From Candidatus Nanoarchaeia archaeon (lineage in GTDB: Archaea; Nanobdellota; Nanobdellia; Tiddalikarchaeales; Tiddalikarchaeaceae): 64,000 nt of DNA. The position numbers were made by a program, and so were the translations under genes. Shown here piece after piece: positions 10,433 through 19,724 of this stretch. The notes beneath the pieces were generated by a model. The model ran no database searches and had not been told where the DNA came from. It was given only the letters and a program-made list of their open reading frames with translations. The DNA is taken from the NCBI GenBank assembly GCA_041653395.1, contig JBAZFK010000002.1, positions 33,215-97,214 of the forward strand, read 5' to 3'. Position 1 is the stretch's first letter. The number at the start of each line of letters is the position of its first letter.

Positions 10433-10863
10433 TAATGTATCATCACATGATTGCATATACAAGACTAGAATATTCAAGCAAAGAAATACTTTATGCTAAG
10501 CTTCCCGATGAGTTTAATCCATTAATCATTAATCATTTTTCAAACAAATTTCCTTTATTTTACATAATGCTTGAGCATAAAAACAAAACTTATGTCTTAA
10601 AAAATAATGAAAATCTCAAAGTGTACAGTGAAAAAGTTGAAAACATTTTAAAAAAATATAATTCTTTCTTGCCTGACTCTTTTGAATTATCAGAGGATTC
10701 AAAAGAAGTTTGGAGCACTTTTTATGATTCCCAATATATTAAGCAAAGAAGGAATGTTAAATTATTCCATCATTTCATCCCAAAAAAGCTCAAAAATCTG
10801 GGAATATTAAATAAGGAGTTTGAAAGCATTAAAAAAAACAAGAAATTGAATGAGTTAATTTAA
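10429..10863 (+). CDS. DUF4130-like protein (partner of the DNA-modification radical SAM protein)
   Basis: 4-nt overlap with upstream gene. C-terminal W..FY.S..I..RRN.KL....IP signature resembles TIGR03915/DUF4130. Confidence 0.5.
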   Translation: MIMYHHMIAYTRLEYSSKEILYAKLPDEFNPLIINHFSNKFPLFYIMLEHKNKTYVLKNNENLKVYSEKVENILKKYNSFLPDSFELSEDSKEVWSTFYDSQYIKQRRNVKLFHHFIPKKLKNLGILNKEFESIKKNKKLNELI

Positions 10864-10897
10864 AAAAAAATAAAATAAAAAACAATTTTAAATATTT

Positions 10898-11371
10898 TTA
10901 AATAGATACAGTACAATATTCTGATTGCACTATTCCGTTTACATCAGTTTTAAGCTGGTATCTAGTTCCATTCATTATTGATGGAAACTCTGTGTCTGCA
11001 TCAAAAGTTATAGTTCCAATGCTGCTCATTCCACTAGTTCCTAAAGCTGTTGATAAACTTTTTATAGTACTATCTAATTCTACTCCAGTTGAATCTAACA
11101 ACTTAATTAAGAATATTTCAGTAGTTGAAATATCTGATAATCCATTGTTTCTTAATTGTATAGTAATGTTCGCACTTTTGTTACAAGTTAAACTTACTAT
11201 GCTGTATTGTATATTACCCATTTGTGTTGTTGATTCGATTCCTTGAGCTGAACTTGCTTCTAAATTAGCTTGTAGTCCGTTAACCCAGTACCATGCTGTT
11301 GCACTTACTGCAATTGTAAGCATGATAAGCAGAATTACAGAAATTACAGGCGTAATAGTTTTATTCATCAT
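10898..11371 (-). CDS. archaeal type IV pilin-like protein (class III signal peptide)
   Basis: N-terminus MMNKTITPVISVILLIMLTIAVSATAWYW matches the archaeal pilin/DUF1628 N-terminal motif. Ser/Thr-rich remainder. Confidence 0.55.
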   Translation of the reverse strand: MMNKTITPVISVILLIMLTIAVSATAWYWVNGLQANLEASSAQGIESTTQMGNIQYSIVSLTCNKSANITIQLRNNGLSDISTTEIFLIKLLDSTGVELDSTIKSLSTALGTSGMSSIGTITFDADTEFPSIMNGTRYQLKTDVNGIVQSEYCTVSI

Positions 11372-11421
11372 ATTTTAAAAAAAGATGTTCATGATTTATA
11401 AAGATTTTTCTAGAAAACAAT

Positions 11422-11574
11422 TTAAGGCTTAAATACTCCGCAATGACATTTTTTATTAAAAACGAACTCATAGCAAGGGCATTTAGTGTTTAATTTGCAT
11501 AAACAATTTCCATCATTGTCAAAAACATCTTTTAACAGCTTGAAATTAATCTTAAAACCTTCATACTCTTCCAT
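11422..11574 (-). CDS. small Cys-rich protein (three CxC pairs), putative metal-binding
   Basis: 50-aa ORF not in the track. Start overlaps the stop of the upstream methyltransferase gene (TAATG). CLC..CPC..CHC. Confidence 0.3.
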   Translation of the reverse strand: MEEYEGFKINFKLLKDVFDNDGNCLCKLNTKCPCYEFVFNKKCHCGVFKP

Positions 11575-12317
11575 TAATCAGTCACCTCTATTTTCCTAAA
11601 GCACATAATGAATCCAGTATGGCCAAGCATGTCAAACTTTGGATGGCACACCAAATCATTAACATCCCACTCCCTTAATATTAGCTCAAAAACATGGTCT
11701 AATTTAAATTTTTTTGTTGAGAACTCTTTTTGGCTAAGAGTCAATTGAGTTGTATTAGGCACATAAACAGTCAATCTTGAGCCGTTCTTTAACAAGCTAC
11801 TAATTTTGTCAGAGTAATCCCAAGGGTTAGGCAAGTCAATATTTATAGCATCAAATAACTTCCTTGAAGAATACTCCTTTAACTCTTTGTTAATGACTTC
11901 AATGTTTTCAAAACCGAACAAACTAGCATTATTTTTTATTATATTGCAAAACTTTTCATTCTTTTCAACGCTAACAATCCTGCCTTTTGCTCCAACGATG
12001 TTGGCAAAAAAGCAGCTAATAGAGCCGCTGCCTCCTCCACAGTCAAGAACCCTGAAACCTTGCATTAAACCTAGCTGCGATGCAATGAATCCTGCATCTT
12101 TTAAAGTGATTATTTGAGGGCCTCTTTTAATGCTGAACAATAAATCCTTAAAATCAGGTTTTTTAATCAAAAAACTTTTGCCTTTATGAGTCCTAATTAA
12201 ACCTTCATTAATGGAATTATATTCCTCCTTTTTTATCAATCCATAATTAATGTTTAAATCCTGATCAATCTTATCAGAATAGATTTTCTTGTACTCATCA
12301 TTCAATAAAAGTTTCAT
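11574..12317 (-). CDS. class I SAM-dependent methyltransferase, TrmI (tRNA m1A) family-like
   Basis: GFRVLDCGGGSGSIS motif I. Size and layout resemble TrmI/Gcd14. Confidence 0.55.
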   Translation of the reverse strand: MKLLLNDEYKKIYSDKIDQDLNINYGLIKKEEYNSINEGLIRTHKGKSFLIKKPDFKDLLFSIKRGPQIITLKDAGFIASQLGLMQGFRVLDCGGGSGSISCFFANIVGAKGRIVSVEKNEKFCNIIKNNASLFGFENIEVINKELKEYSSRKLFDAINIDLPNPWDYSDKISSLLKNGSRLTVYVPNTTQLTLSQKEFSTKKFKLDHVFELILREWDVNDLVCHPKFDMLGHTGFIMCFRKIEVTD

Positions 12318-12547
12318 TTCATTAAACCTATAATATACAGTATTAGCAAGAATAATGCAGCCAAGCCTAAAGTAATATAAGAGATTAAATTAATAATTCC
12401 AAATACATTAATTTCTTTTTTTGGAATAATCAAATCTTCAGGCAAAGAAGTGATTGCTTTAGGAGCAGAGTTAACTGTACTCTCTTGTGAACTCATAGGC
12501 TCAATAGAGGGATTCTCAATGCTGTCAATTAAATCATCCTGTTGCAT
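12314..12547 (-). CDS. small tail-anchored membrane protein
   Basis: 77 aa with a C-terminal TM helix. ATGA overlap with the downstream gene. Confidence 0.3.
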   Translation of the reverse strand: MQQDDLIDSIENPSIEPMSSQESTVNSAPKAITSLPEDLIIPKKEINVFGIINLISYITLGLAALFLLILYIIGLMK

Positions 12548-12581
12548 AACTATTTTAATCCCTCGCTTCTTTTTAATATTT

Positions 12582-13205
12582 ATGAAAATAATTTACGAGC
12601 CGGTGAAATTTAAAGTTAATACAAAAAAATTGCTGGAAGCATTGAAAAACCACAAAAACTGCTTTATAACTTATACTGCGCAGTACGCGCACTTATTCAA
12701 GGAGTTGAGAAATTCGGCATTAGTTCTAGGGTGCAATGTCAAAAAAACAAAGAGTTTCAAAGGCAAAACAATCATATTTGTTGGAGATGGAGTGTTTCAT
12801 GCATTAATGATTAAAAAGGAAAATTTAAGCAAGAAAGTCATAATACTTAACCCTAAAGACTTGACTGAAAAAGAAGTGCTTGAAAGCGATGTTAAAAACT
12901 TCATTAACAGGGAATTCATTGCTTTGGAAAGATTAAAGCATGCAAAAAACGTCGGAATAATTGCAAGCACTAAGCCTGGGCAGGAAAGGATAAAAGCCTG
13001 CGAGCTTATTAAAAAAAAGCTTGAAGCTCAAGGAAAAATCGTATACTTATTCATTGCTGACTCAATCAACCCTGAAGAATTCATGAATTATTCAGGATTG
13101 GATATTTTAATCAATACTGCATGCCCAAGAATTGGCTTAGATGACTATTCTAAATTCAATAAGCCAGTAATTAACTATGAATTAGTCTTATCCAAGTATT
13201 TTTAA
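12582..13205 (+). CDS. diphthamide synthase Dph2-like protein (short)
   Basis: FVGDGVFHAL and NTACPRIG motifs are typical of Dph2. Start moved to the internal ATG (MKIIYEPVKF) to avoid overlap with the divergent gene. The protein is short for Dph2, so it may be partial or degenerate. Confidence 0.4.
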   Translation: MKIIYEPVKFKVNTKKLLEALKNHKNCFITYTAQYAHLFKELRNSALVLGCNVKKTKSFKGKTIIFVGDGVFHALMIKKENLSKKVIILNPKDLTEKEVLESDVKNFINREFIALERLKHAKNVGIIASTKPGQERIKACELIKKKLEAQGKIVYLFIADSINPEEFMNYSGLDILINTACPRIGLDDYSKFNKPVINYELVLSKYF

Positions 13206-13745
13206 TATTAATGAAAACACTGGAGGGATTATTAAATTGTCATTAATATCAGTGAATAATTCAACAGCTGTAAGAAGAATTCCAGTCAATAAAGCAACAA
13301 GTTTTCCATAACCTGACAGGTAAACAATCAAAAAGCATGAAAATAAAAAAGCGCTTGAGCCTTCAACAGTCTTTTTCTTATACAGCTTGTTCTTTCCATG
13401 AACTCCAAAAATTGTGGCAAGCCCATCGCAAACCCCTAAAACCAAAGCTGATAATGCAACTATCTGCTGCTCAAAAAAAATGCTGGACAAGAATATGCTT
13501 AAAACATAATAAAAAGATGCTTCAATTCCTTCACCTTCCCTGCCAATAGTTTTAATCAAATACTCAATCCAGCCAATTTGTATCTTCTTTCTCCTTATGA
13601 TTATTATGCAAACTCCAAAAATCAGCATTGAAATCATTACTAATTGGTAAAAATTTTTATAACTAAACATGATAAGCATATAAAAAAATACTCCCCACAA
13701 GATATGCCAAACTTTCCTTTTAATTTCAATCCAGTTGATTTTCAT
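13188..13745 (-). CDS. CdsA-family CTP transferase membrane protein (CarS or dolichol-kinase-like)
   Basis: CDGLATIFGVHGKNKLYKKKTVEGS matches the CdsA motif DxxAyfvG..GK.KL...KTwEG. Multi-TM. Confidence 0.55.
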   Translation of the reverse strand: MKINWIEIKRKVWHILWGVFFYMLIMFSYKNFYQLVMISMLIFGVCIIIIRRKKIQIGWIEYLIKTIGREGEGIEASFYYVLSIFLSSIFFEQQIVALSALVLGVCDGLATIFGVHGKNKLYKKKTVEGSSAFLFSCFLIVYLSGYGKLVALLTGILLTAVELFTDINDNLIIPPVFSLILKILG

Positions 13746-13796
13746 ACTTGTAAAAATTATTAATCCATTGTTTTTAAATCTTTTTTAGCTTAAGCC

Positions 13797-14369
13797 TTAA
13801 ATTAGCTTAACAAAAGAGATTAAAAGAGTTCCAGCAGTAGGTATTAATAAGTTGTCATCTATTGGGCTGAAAAGCTCAAGAGCTGTTAAAACTAGCGAAA
13901 CCCCTAAAGATGACATTATTGAATTCATTCCAATAATCAAAATCAGGTAGCTAGTTGTGAAAAAGGCAATAGTGCCTGAAAAAGTCTTGTTTTTATAAAT
14001 TTTATACCTAGAGTTTATCCCTATTATTGTTGCCAAGCCATCGCTTACCCCTAATATTAACACGCTAATTGCTGAATATTCCCTTGGAAATGGAAAAATT
14101 AGTGATAACAACATTCCAATAAAATAATTCATTGCACCCATTCCAACCTCCATTGGCCTTCCGAAATTAAGCAAGAATGATTCAATTAACCTGAACTTGA
14201 AACCCTTGAGAATTAAGAGCCTTATGATAATTCCTATGCAAATGATTCCAGTCAAAAAAGTCACCAAATAAATTTTTCTGATGTTAAAAATCATAACAGA
14301 CATGGCTATTCCAAGAAGCATGTGAAATATTTTCCTTTTATACTCAAATTGCATAAAATTAAAAAACAA
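13797..14369 (-). CDS. CdsA-family CTP transferase membrane protein, paralog of the upstream gene
   Basis: SDGLATIIGINSRYKIYKNKTFSGT. Paralogous to 13188..13745. Confidence 0.55.
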   Translation of the reverse strand: MFFNFMQFEYKRKIFHMLLGIAMSVMIFNIRKIYLVTFLTGIICIGIIIRLLILKGFKFRLIESFLLNFGRPMEVGMGAMNYFIGMLLSLIFPFPREYSAISVLILGVSDGLATIIGINSRYKIYKNKTFSGTIAFFTTSYLILIIGMNSIMSSLGVSLVLTALELFSPIDDNLLIPTAGTLLISFVKLI

Positions 14370-14388
14370 AGCAAGTTTTTATAAAATT

Positions 14389-15369
14389 ATGTTATTAATA
14401 GTTCAGTTCAAAAAAGAGCTTAAAGAATTCGTAAAAAAAGAGATTCAGCCCTTCTGCAAATCAATCAAAGACTTGGATGGCTCCAGATTGCTCGTTGATT
14501 CAGACTATAAAGAGCTAATTATTAATTCATTCTTGCCTGAAAAGATATGCTTATTAGTACTGGAATTTTTAAGCATAAAAAACATTAATGCTAATTTTAA
14601 GAATTACCTGAAAAGCGATGAATCATTCAAAGTGAAATGCAGCGAAAAGCAAATTTGCATAGAATTAGGCCAAATCATAAAGGATTCAGCAAATGCCCAG
14701 GTTTCATTGGACAATCCTGACAAAACTTTTTTTGTTGAAAAAATAAGCGAAAACTATTACTGCTATTTGGACATTGCCGGGGCTGACAACTTAATCAAAA
14801 GAGGTTACTCAACAAACAACAATGAATTCATAACAGCAGATTACTGCAAAGCAATGGTTGATTACTCAGGATACAGTGACAATGGAAACCTGCTAGATGC
14901 TTTCAGCCATGAAGGTTACATAATAATAGAATGCGCATTAAAGCTGCTTAAAGTTGGGCCAGCTTATTTCAATTCAAAAAATTATGATTTTGAAATTTTA
15001 GAGCCAAAAGTCAAGCCGCTGAAGAATAAACTATTCTGCTATTCTGATTCAATGGCTGACTTGAAATTTGCAAAGCAAAATGCGAAGCTGTCAAAAACAT
15101 CCAAATTCATAGAATTCGGTTTCAGCACACTAAATGACATTGACTATACTTTAAAGGAAGATAAATTTGACTATTTTGTTTCAGCGCTCCCAAAAAACAT
15201 TGACATGGAAAAGTTTTTCTTCCAAATGGATTATATAATGAAAAAGAAATGCACAATAGTAATATTAACAAATCAGGAGATAGCCGGCAAATTTGAAGAA
15301 TTCAGCTTTAAAATAACAGGAAGCATAAAATGCAATGATAAAATCATGATTAAGCTAGTGAGACAATGA
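14389..15369 (+). CDS. hypothetical protein, possibly a degenerate THUMP/methyltransferase-like protein
   Basis: The layout resembles Trm11-type enzymes, but motifs I and IV are degenerate (LLDAFSHEGYIIIE). Low-confidence product. Confidence 0.35.
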   Translation: MLLIVQFKKELKEFVKKEIQPFCKSIKDLDGSRLLVDSDYKELIINSFLPEKICLLVLEFLSIKNINANFKNYLKSDESFKVKCSEKQICIELGQIIKDSANAQVSLDNPDKTFFVEKISENYYCYLDIAGADNLIKRGYSTNNNEFITADYCKAMVDYSGYSDNGNLLDAFSHEGYIIIECALKLLKVGPAYFNSKNYDFEILEPKVKPLKNKLFCYSDSMADLKFAKQNAKLSKTSKFIEFGFSTLNDIDYTLKEDKFDYFVSALPKNIDMEKFFFQMDYIMKKKCTIVILTNQEIAGKFEEFSFKITGSIKCNDKIMIKLVRQ

Positions 15370-16103
15370 AACCTAAATTAAGCCAAATATTCCTGAAAGA
15401 TGAATCAGTCCTGAAAAAAATTGCAGAGACTATAAATGCAACAAAAAAAGACACTGTGTTTGAAATAGGCCCAGGAAAGGGAGCTTTGACAAAATACCTT
15501 GTAAACAATGCAAGAAAAGTTATTGCCTGCGAGATAGACAAATCATTAATCCCATATATTAATGGTTTAGGAGCAGAGATAATAAATAAAGACTTCTTAG
15601 ATTTAGCAATACCTAATAAAGTGACTCTTATAGTTGGAAATATTCCATATCATCTTAGCGGCAAGATTACTGAGAAAATTTTAAGGGAGAAAAAAAGATG
15701 CGTTATACTTTACCAAAAAGAGTTCGCCCAAAGAATAATAGGAAAACCAGGCACCAAGGATTACTCAAGATTAACAGTTCTTGCGAATCACTTGTCAACC
15801 CCAAAGATTAAGCTAATAGTTTCAAAGCAAAGCTTTAATCCTAAGCCTAAAGTTGACAGCGCATTAGTAGAATTTTTGCCAACAGGCAATGATTATAATG
15901 AAGGCTTTTTCAGATTCATAAAAACTTTGTTCGAGTTCAAAAATAAGAGCGTCAAGAATGCGCTTATCTATGGAAGAAGGGAATGGACTAATGAATTAGA
16001 CAAGAGAAAATTGAAAGACAAAGTCAGCAAGTGCACTGACAAGAAAGTAGTGACTTTAAGCATACCTGAACTATTAAAAGAATATGAGAACTTCAGAAAT
16101 TAA
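15366..16103 (+). CDS. ksgA: 16S rRNA (adenine1518/1519-N6) dimethyltransferase KsgA/Dim1
   Basis: QIFLKD, EIGPGKGALT motif I, GNIPYHLS motif IV. Confidence 0.9.
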   Translation: MKPKLSQIFLKDESVLKKIAETINATKKDTVFEIGPGKGALTKYLVNNARKVIACEIDKSLIPYINGLGAEIINKDFLDLAIPNKVTLIVGNIPYHLSGKITEKILREKKRCVILYQKEFAQRIIGKPGTKDYSRLTVLANHLSTPKIKLIVSKQSFNPKPKVDSALVEFLPTGNDYNEGFFRFIKTLFEFKNKSVKNALIYGRREWTNELDKRKLKDKVSKCTDKKVVTLSIPELLKEYENFRN

Positions 16104-16454
16104 TCCTGGTATCCAGTCCTTGCATTGTCATGGTTGAACGTATTCCAAATATTGTTAGAAGCGCTCATCATTCCCTGCCTGATATTGGCAATTTCTTCAT
16201 TGTCAATGTTAATTATCTCAATTAATCCGTCATAGTCAATATCATCAATTATGAACATCTGCCCAGGGCAATACCCTGTGTAGTCAAAATATAACTCTTC
16301 TCCCGAATAGTTTAACACCTGGAAAGTGTCAAGATTAATAATATTACACTGATGACTGGAGTGATAGACTTCATTAAGAGTGAATAATAATTAGATTATT
16401 TATAAAATTACTCAAAAAAAAGGTTTTTATACTCTTAAATAATAATTTATAGCT

Positions 16455-17309
16455 ATGAATATTTTTAATAATAAAACAAATGTTGAGAAAATAGAGAAGA
16501 ATTTTGAAACCAAAAAAATGGAAAATCATGAAGTATTTCATGAATTAAACATAAGAGGCCAGGATCCTGAATTGCTTAGAACACAGGTTTTAGAGCTGCT
16601 TGAAGCAATGGATTATGATATTACTATTAATAAATTCGCAAAGTTCGAGGATTCGGAATTTGAGAATATTTTCCAGGCAGGAAGGTTAAAGCCTTTAAGA
16701 GCAGTGCTTCATGCGCAAAAAAGAGTGCAAACAGGCTCAAAATATCCATGGTTATGGAAGCTGATAGGTATAATAGGGCTAGTTTCATTGACAATATTTT
16801 TCCTACCAAATGAATCAATAAGTGCCTTGAATGTAACTTTAAACAAAACTTATTTTCTTATCTTAAGTATAATATTACTTTTAATCAGCATTTTAATCTG
16901 GATAACCAGAAAGTTTGACACAATAAATATTTGGTTCAAATCCAGCGGAATCTACAATGTTGAGGATAAAACAAGCGATTTTAAAATAATACTAAGCGGA
17001 GAATCAACAAGCAAGATTTTAAAATCAAAGCTAGACAATGAAATAACCCAAGTTTTCAGCCTGATAAGCTCAAAATATGTTAAGTCAAGGGACAATGAAG
17101 AAAGGTCATTGCTTGATTTGCCAAGAAGCTCCAAAAACTTGGATGTTAAAATAATAAAAGAGATAAATCAGATAGAAAATGATTCAAAAAATTTGGACTC
17201 AAGGCTTGCAAACAAGGACATTACTGAAAAAACTTATGTTGAACTGAAGGAAAAATTCAGCCAAAGAAAGCTTAAGCTTGAAACAATACTTGATTTAATA
17301 AACGCTTAA
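16455..17309 (+). CDS. hypothetical membrane/coiled-coil protein
   Basis: two central TM helices and a C-terminal coiled coil. Confidence 0.4.
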   Translation: MNIFNNKTNVEKIEKNFETKKMENHEVFHELNIRGQDPELLRTQVLELLEAMDYDITINKFAKFEDSEFENIFQAGRLKPLRAVLHAQKRVQTGSKYPWLWKLIGIIGLVSLTIFFLPNESISALNVTLNKTYFLILSIILLLISILIWITRKFDTINIWFKSSGIYNVEDKTSDFKIILSGESTSKILKSKLDNEITQVFSLISSKYVKSRDNEERSLLDLPRSSKNLDVKIIKEINQIENDSKNLDSRLANKDITEKTYVELKEKFSQRKLKLETILDLINA

Positions 17310-17312
17310 GCC

Positions 17313-17750
17313 ATGAACAAAAAAACCCAAGTTCAAGCAATCAGGGAAGTTTTTCAATTCGGAATAGGGGTAATATTTTTGGTTTCAATTTTTTATTTCT
17401 TGTACAACTTCTTAATACCACAAATTCAAGATTATGCCCTTGGATTGCAGCTTAATAATGTTGCAGAGCATGCGAATTATCTCATTTCAGAATTTTATCA
17501 ATCAAGCAGCCAATCATTAAGCTCATTTGCTGAAGGCAAATACTTAATGCCTGAAAAACTAGGGGACTATTCTTATTCAGTATTTTTCAGCGGCAATGAA
17601 ATCTGCTCTTTAATACAAGACTTAAACATTGAAAGATGCGTTTTTATGCTTATTGATTCCTCCTATCAAGGTTTTTTTTATAGTGGAGGAGAAATGAAAA
17701 TCAGCATTAACTACACTGAAAGCAGTTCAAATATTATGATTGGAAACTAA
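17313..17750 (+). CDS. hypothetical membrane protein
   Basis: N-terminal TM helix. Confidence 0.4.
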   Translation: MNKKTQVQAIREVFQFGIGVIFLVSIFYFLYNFLIPQIQDYALGLQLNNVAEHANYLISEFYQSSSQSLSSFAEGKYLMPEKLGDYSYSVFFSGNEICSLIQDLNIERCVFMLIDSSYQGFFYSGGEMKISINYTESSSNIMIGN

Positions 17751-18025
17751 AAAATAATACGAAGCAGCAGCGCTATCAATAACAAAATTATTGCCAATTT
17801 TATGAATTTGAAAGCGAATTTTCCGATAAAATAACCAAGGCTTAAGCCTATTATCACTGCAATCAAGCCTGAATTATCAGAGCTTAAAAACTTGTCAGCA
17901 TAATTAGAATACCATGGCTTAATTATAGAATCATTCACTAATGTTTCATTGTATGAATAATTTAATTCATCGCAAAAAGCAATGCTGCTTAAAAAAATGA
18001 ATGAAAAAAGAATCAAACGCTTCAT
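17747..18025 (-). CDS. small secreted/membrane hypothetical protein
   Basis: signal peptide plus a C-terminal TM helix. Confidence 0.35.
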   Translation of the reverse strand: MKRLILFSFIFLSSIAFCDELNYSYNETLVNDSIIKPWYSNYADKFLSSDNSGLIAVIIGLSLGYFIGKFAFKFIKLAIILLLIALLLRIIF

Positions 18026-18588
18026 ATTACAAATAACCTATATTTATCCTCCTCATTAAGCTCTATTTTTATTCGTTTTATTATAAGCTCTTTAGGGTTA
18101 GGAATTGAAGGAACTCTTGAAGAGATATCCTCAAAGCTTTTAAATAAAGCTTCCTGCCTGGCATCTAAGATTGCCCACATGTGCTTGTTTCCAATCCCTG
18201 GCAATAACTCTAACTGGTGCAATCTCTTGCTAATAGGCCCTGATTTGTTAAAAAAATTAATCCATTTCTCGCTGCTTTCTTCAATGATTTTATTAATAGC
18301 CAAATCCAGATTCATTCTTGCAGTGCTTGTGAGCTTTGAATAAGGAATCTTTCCTGAAACATGATGAATCTCATCCCTTTTGTCATTCCCAATATAAACA
18401 TTGCTTAATGGAGCTAAACTGACATCTTTTTTAGGTATTACTTCAAGCAAAAACAAATGGCTCTTTCCAATCACTTGCCCAACAGGCATTCTTCTGTTTT
18501 CCATAGGATAACCATTTGATAAATAATCAAGAACTATTGCATAGTCCTCTTTTAATACAGGTTTTTGGAAATTGTTTGGTGGAATCAT
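18022..18588 (-). CDS. DUF655 family protein (OB fold plus HhH)
   Basis: C-terminal LPGIGNKHMWAILDAR HhH. Conserved archaeal position downstream of L21e-RpoF. Confidence 0.55.
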   Translation of the reverse strand: MIPPNNFQKPVLKEDYAIVLDYLSNGYPMENRRMPVGQVIGKSHLFLLEVIPKKDVSLAPLSNVYIGNDKRDEIHHVSGKIPYSKLTSTARMNLDLAINKIIEESSEKWINFFNKSGPISKRLHQLELLPGIGNKHMWAILDARQEALFKSFEDISSRVPSIPNPKELIIKRIKIELNEEDKYRLFVI

Positions 18589-18625
18589 AGTTAATCAGCT
18601 CTCCTTATTAAAGGAATTATTTGTA

Positions 18626-18961
18626 TTATAAATTAGGTTTTACTACTTCAAATACTTTTTCAATTTCCTCATCACTGAAAGGAATTAAACTCATCTGCAA
18701 AACAACCCTTAATTCATCAATGCTTGCAGGAAGAATATCAATAATTTTAACAATTAAGTCATCTTGCAGTTTAATATTATTCAAATTTTTCAAATCCTCT
18801 TTTAATTTCAAAGCCTTATCTGCCTTAAGCTTTTTATAATTGCCAGTATGCTCTTTTGTAAGCTTTTGCTCCATTTCCAAATCCTTCCTTTCGCTAAGGA
18901 TTTTTTTAATCTCAGCTTTAGTCACATACTCTTCGTTTATTAATTTATAATTCATAATCAA
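18626..18961 (-). CDS. rpoF: DNA-directed RNA polymerase subunit F (Rpo4)
   Basis: Size, the LP.SIDELRVV...SDEEIEKV C-terminal pattern, and the conserved position after L21e. Confidence 0.55.
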   Translation of the reverse strand: MIMNYKLINEEYVTKAEIKKILSERKDLEMEQKLTKEHTGNYKKLKADKALKLKEDLKNLNNIKLQDDLIVKIIDILPASIDELRVVLQMSLIPFSDEEIEKVFEVVKPNL

Positions 18962-19252
18962 TCACAACTTTTTCAGATGAACTGGCAAAACCATCACATC
19001 TTTTTCCTTATTCATATCTTTTACCCTAACCCTATAAGCGTTTCCTCTTTTTTCAACAATTATTCCAGTCTTATTCAAGAACCTTTTATGGATAAGATTC
19101 TTTTTAACCATTGGCTCAATCTTAACCAAAACATTGTCCCCAATTTCATAGTTTTTTAACTGCTTAACAATGCTAACTTTTCCCTTATTTCTAGGAGTTC
19201 TGGTTAATATTTTTCTGCATCCAGACTGCTTTCCATGGCTTCTTTTTGGCAT
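18962..19252 (-). CDS. rpl21e: 50S ribosomal protein L21e
   Basis: MPKRSHGKQSGCRKILTRTPRNKG...N-terminus typical of L21e. Confidence 0.85.
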   Translation of the reverse strand: MPKRSHGKQSGCRKILTRTPRNKGKVSIVKQLKNYEIGDNVLVKIEPMVKKNLIHKRFLNKTGIIVEKRGNAYRVRVKDMNKEKDVMVLPVHLKKL

Positions 19253-19253
19253 C

Positions 19254-19409
19254 TCATTTCACCTTTTTTTTCAATTCATCAATAGTATGTATCTTTTGAC
19301 AATTACAGCATATTTTAAATACTTTTTTGCCAACCCTTAAGTAAGTGCCGTTAATCTTGCCAATCAAACCCTCTTTGATTTCTTTTTTGCAAAGATCGCA
19401 CTTGCTCAT
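19254..19409 (-). CDS. small zinc-ribbon protein (CxxC...CxxC), hypothetical
   Basis: 51-aa ORF not in the track, MSKCDLCKKEI...KICCNCQK. Ends 2 nt before the L21e start. Confidence 0.3.
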   Translation of the reverse strand: MSKCDLCKKEIKEGLIGKINGTYLRVGKKVFKICCNCQKIHTIDELKKKVK

Positions 19410-19724
19410 TTAAAATTAAAAATAAAACCCAGCCCTTTAAAAAGATTTACATAACTTGACTTTGGACAATCGGCATAAACATTGCGCCAAATTAAAAACG
19501 TAGCTGCTGTTTAGTAATATTTTTAAACAGATTTTTTTCTATTATTAATTATGAAAGAAACTCAAGATAATCAAGACTTAAGCAAATTAGAGGCAATAAT
19601 TCTTGATGAAAAACTTGAGATACAAGCAAAGGATTAAGCAAAAATTTCATTTAAACCCCAGCCAAATAAATTACTACTATAAAATAGTAATATTTATAAA
19701 AAGATTTTTTTCTAATAATTTTTT

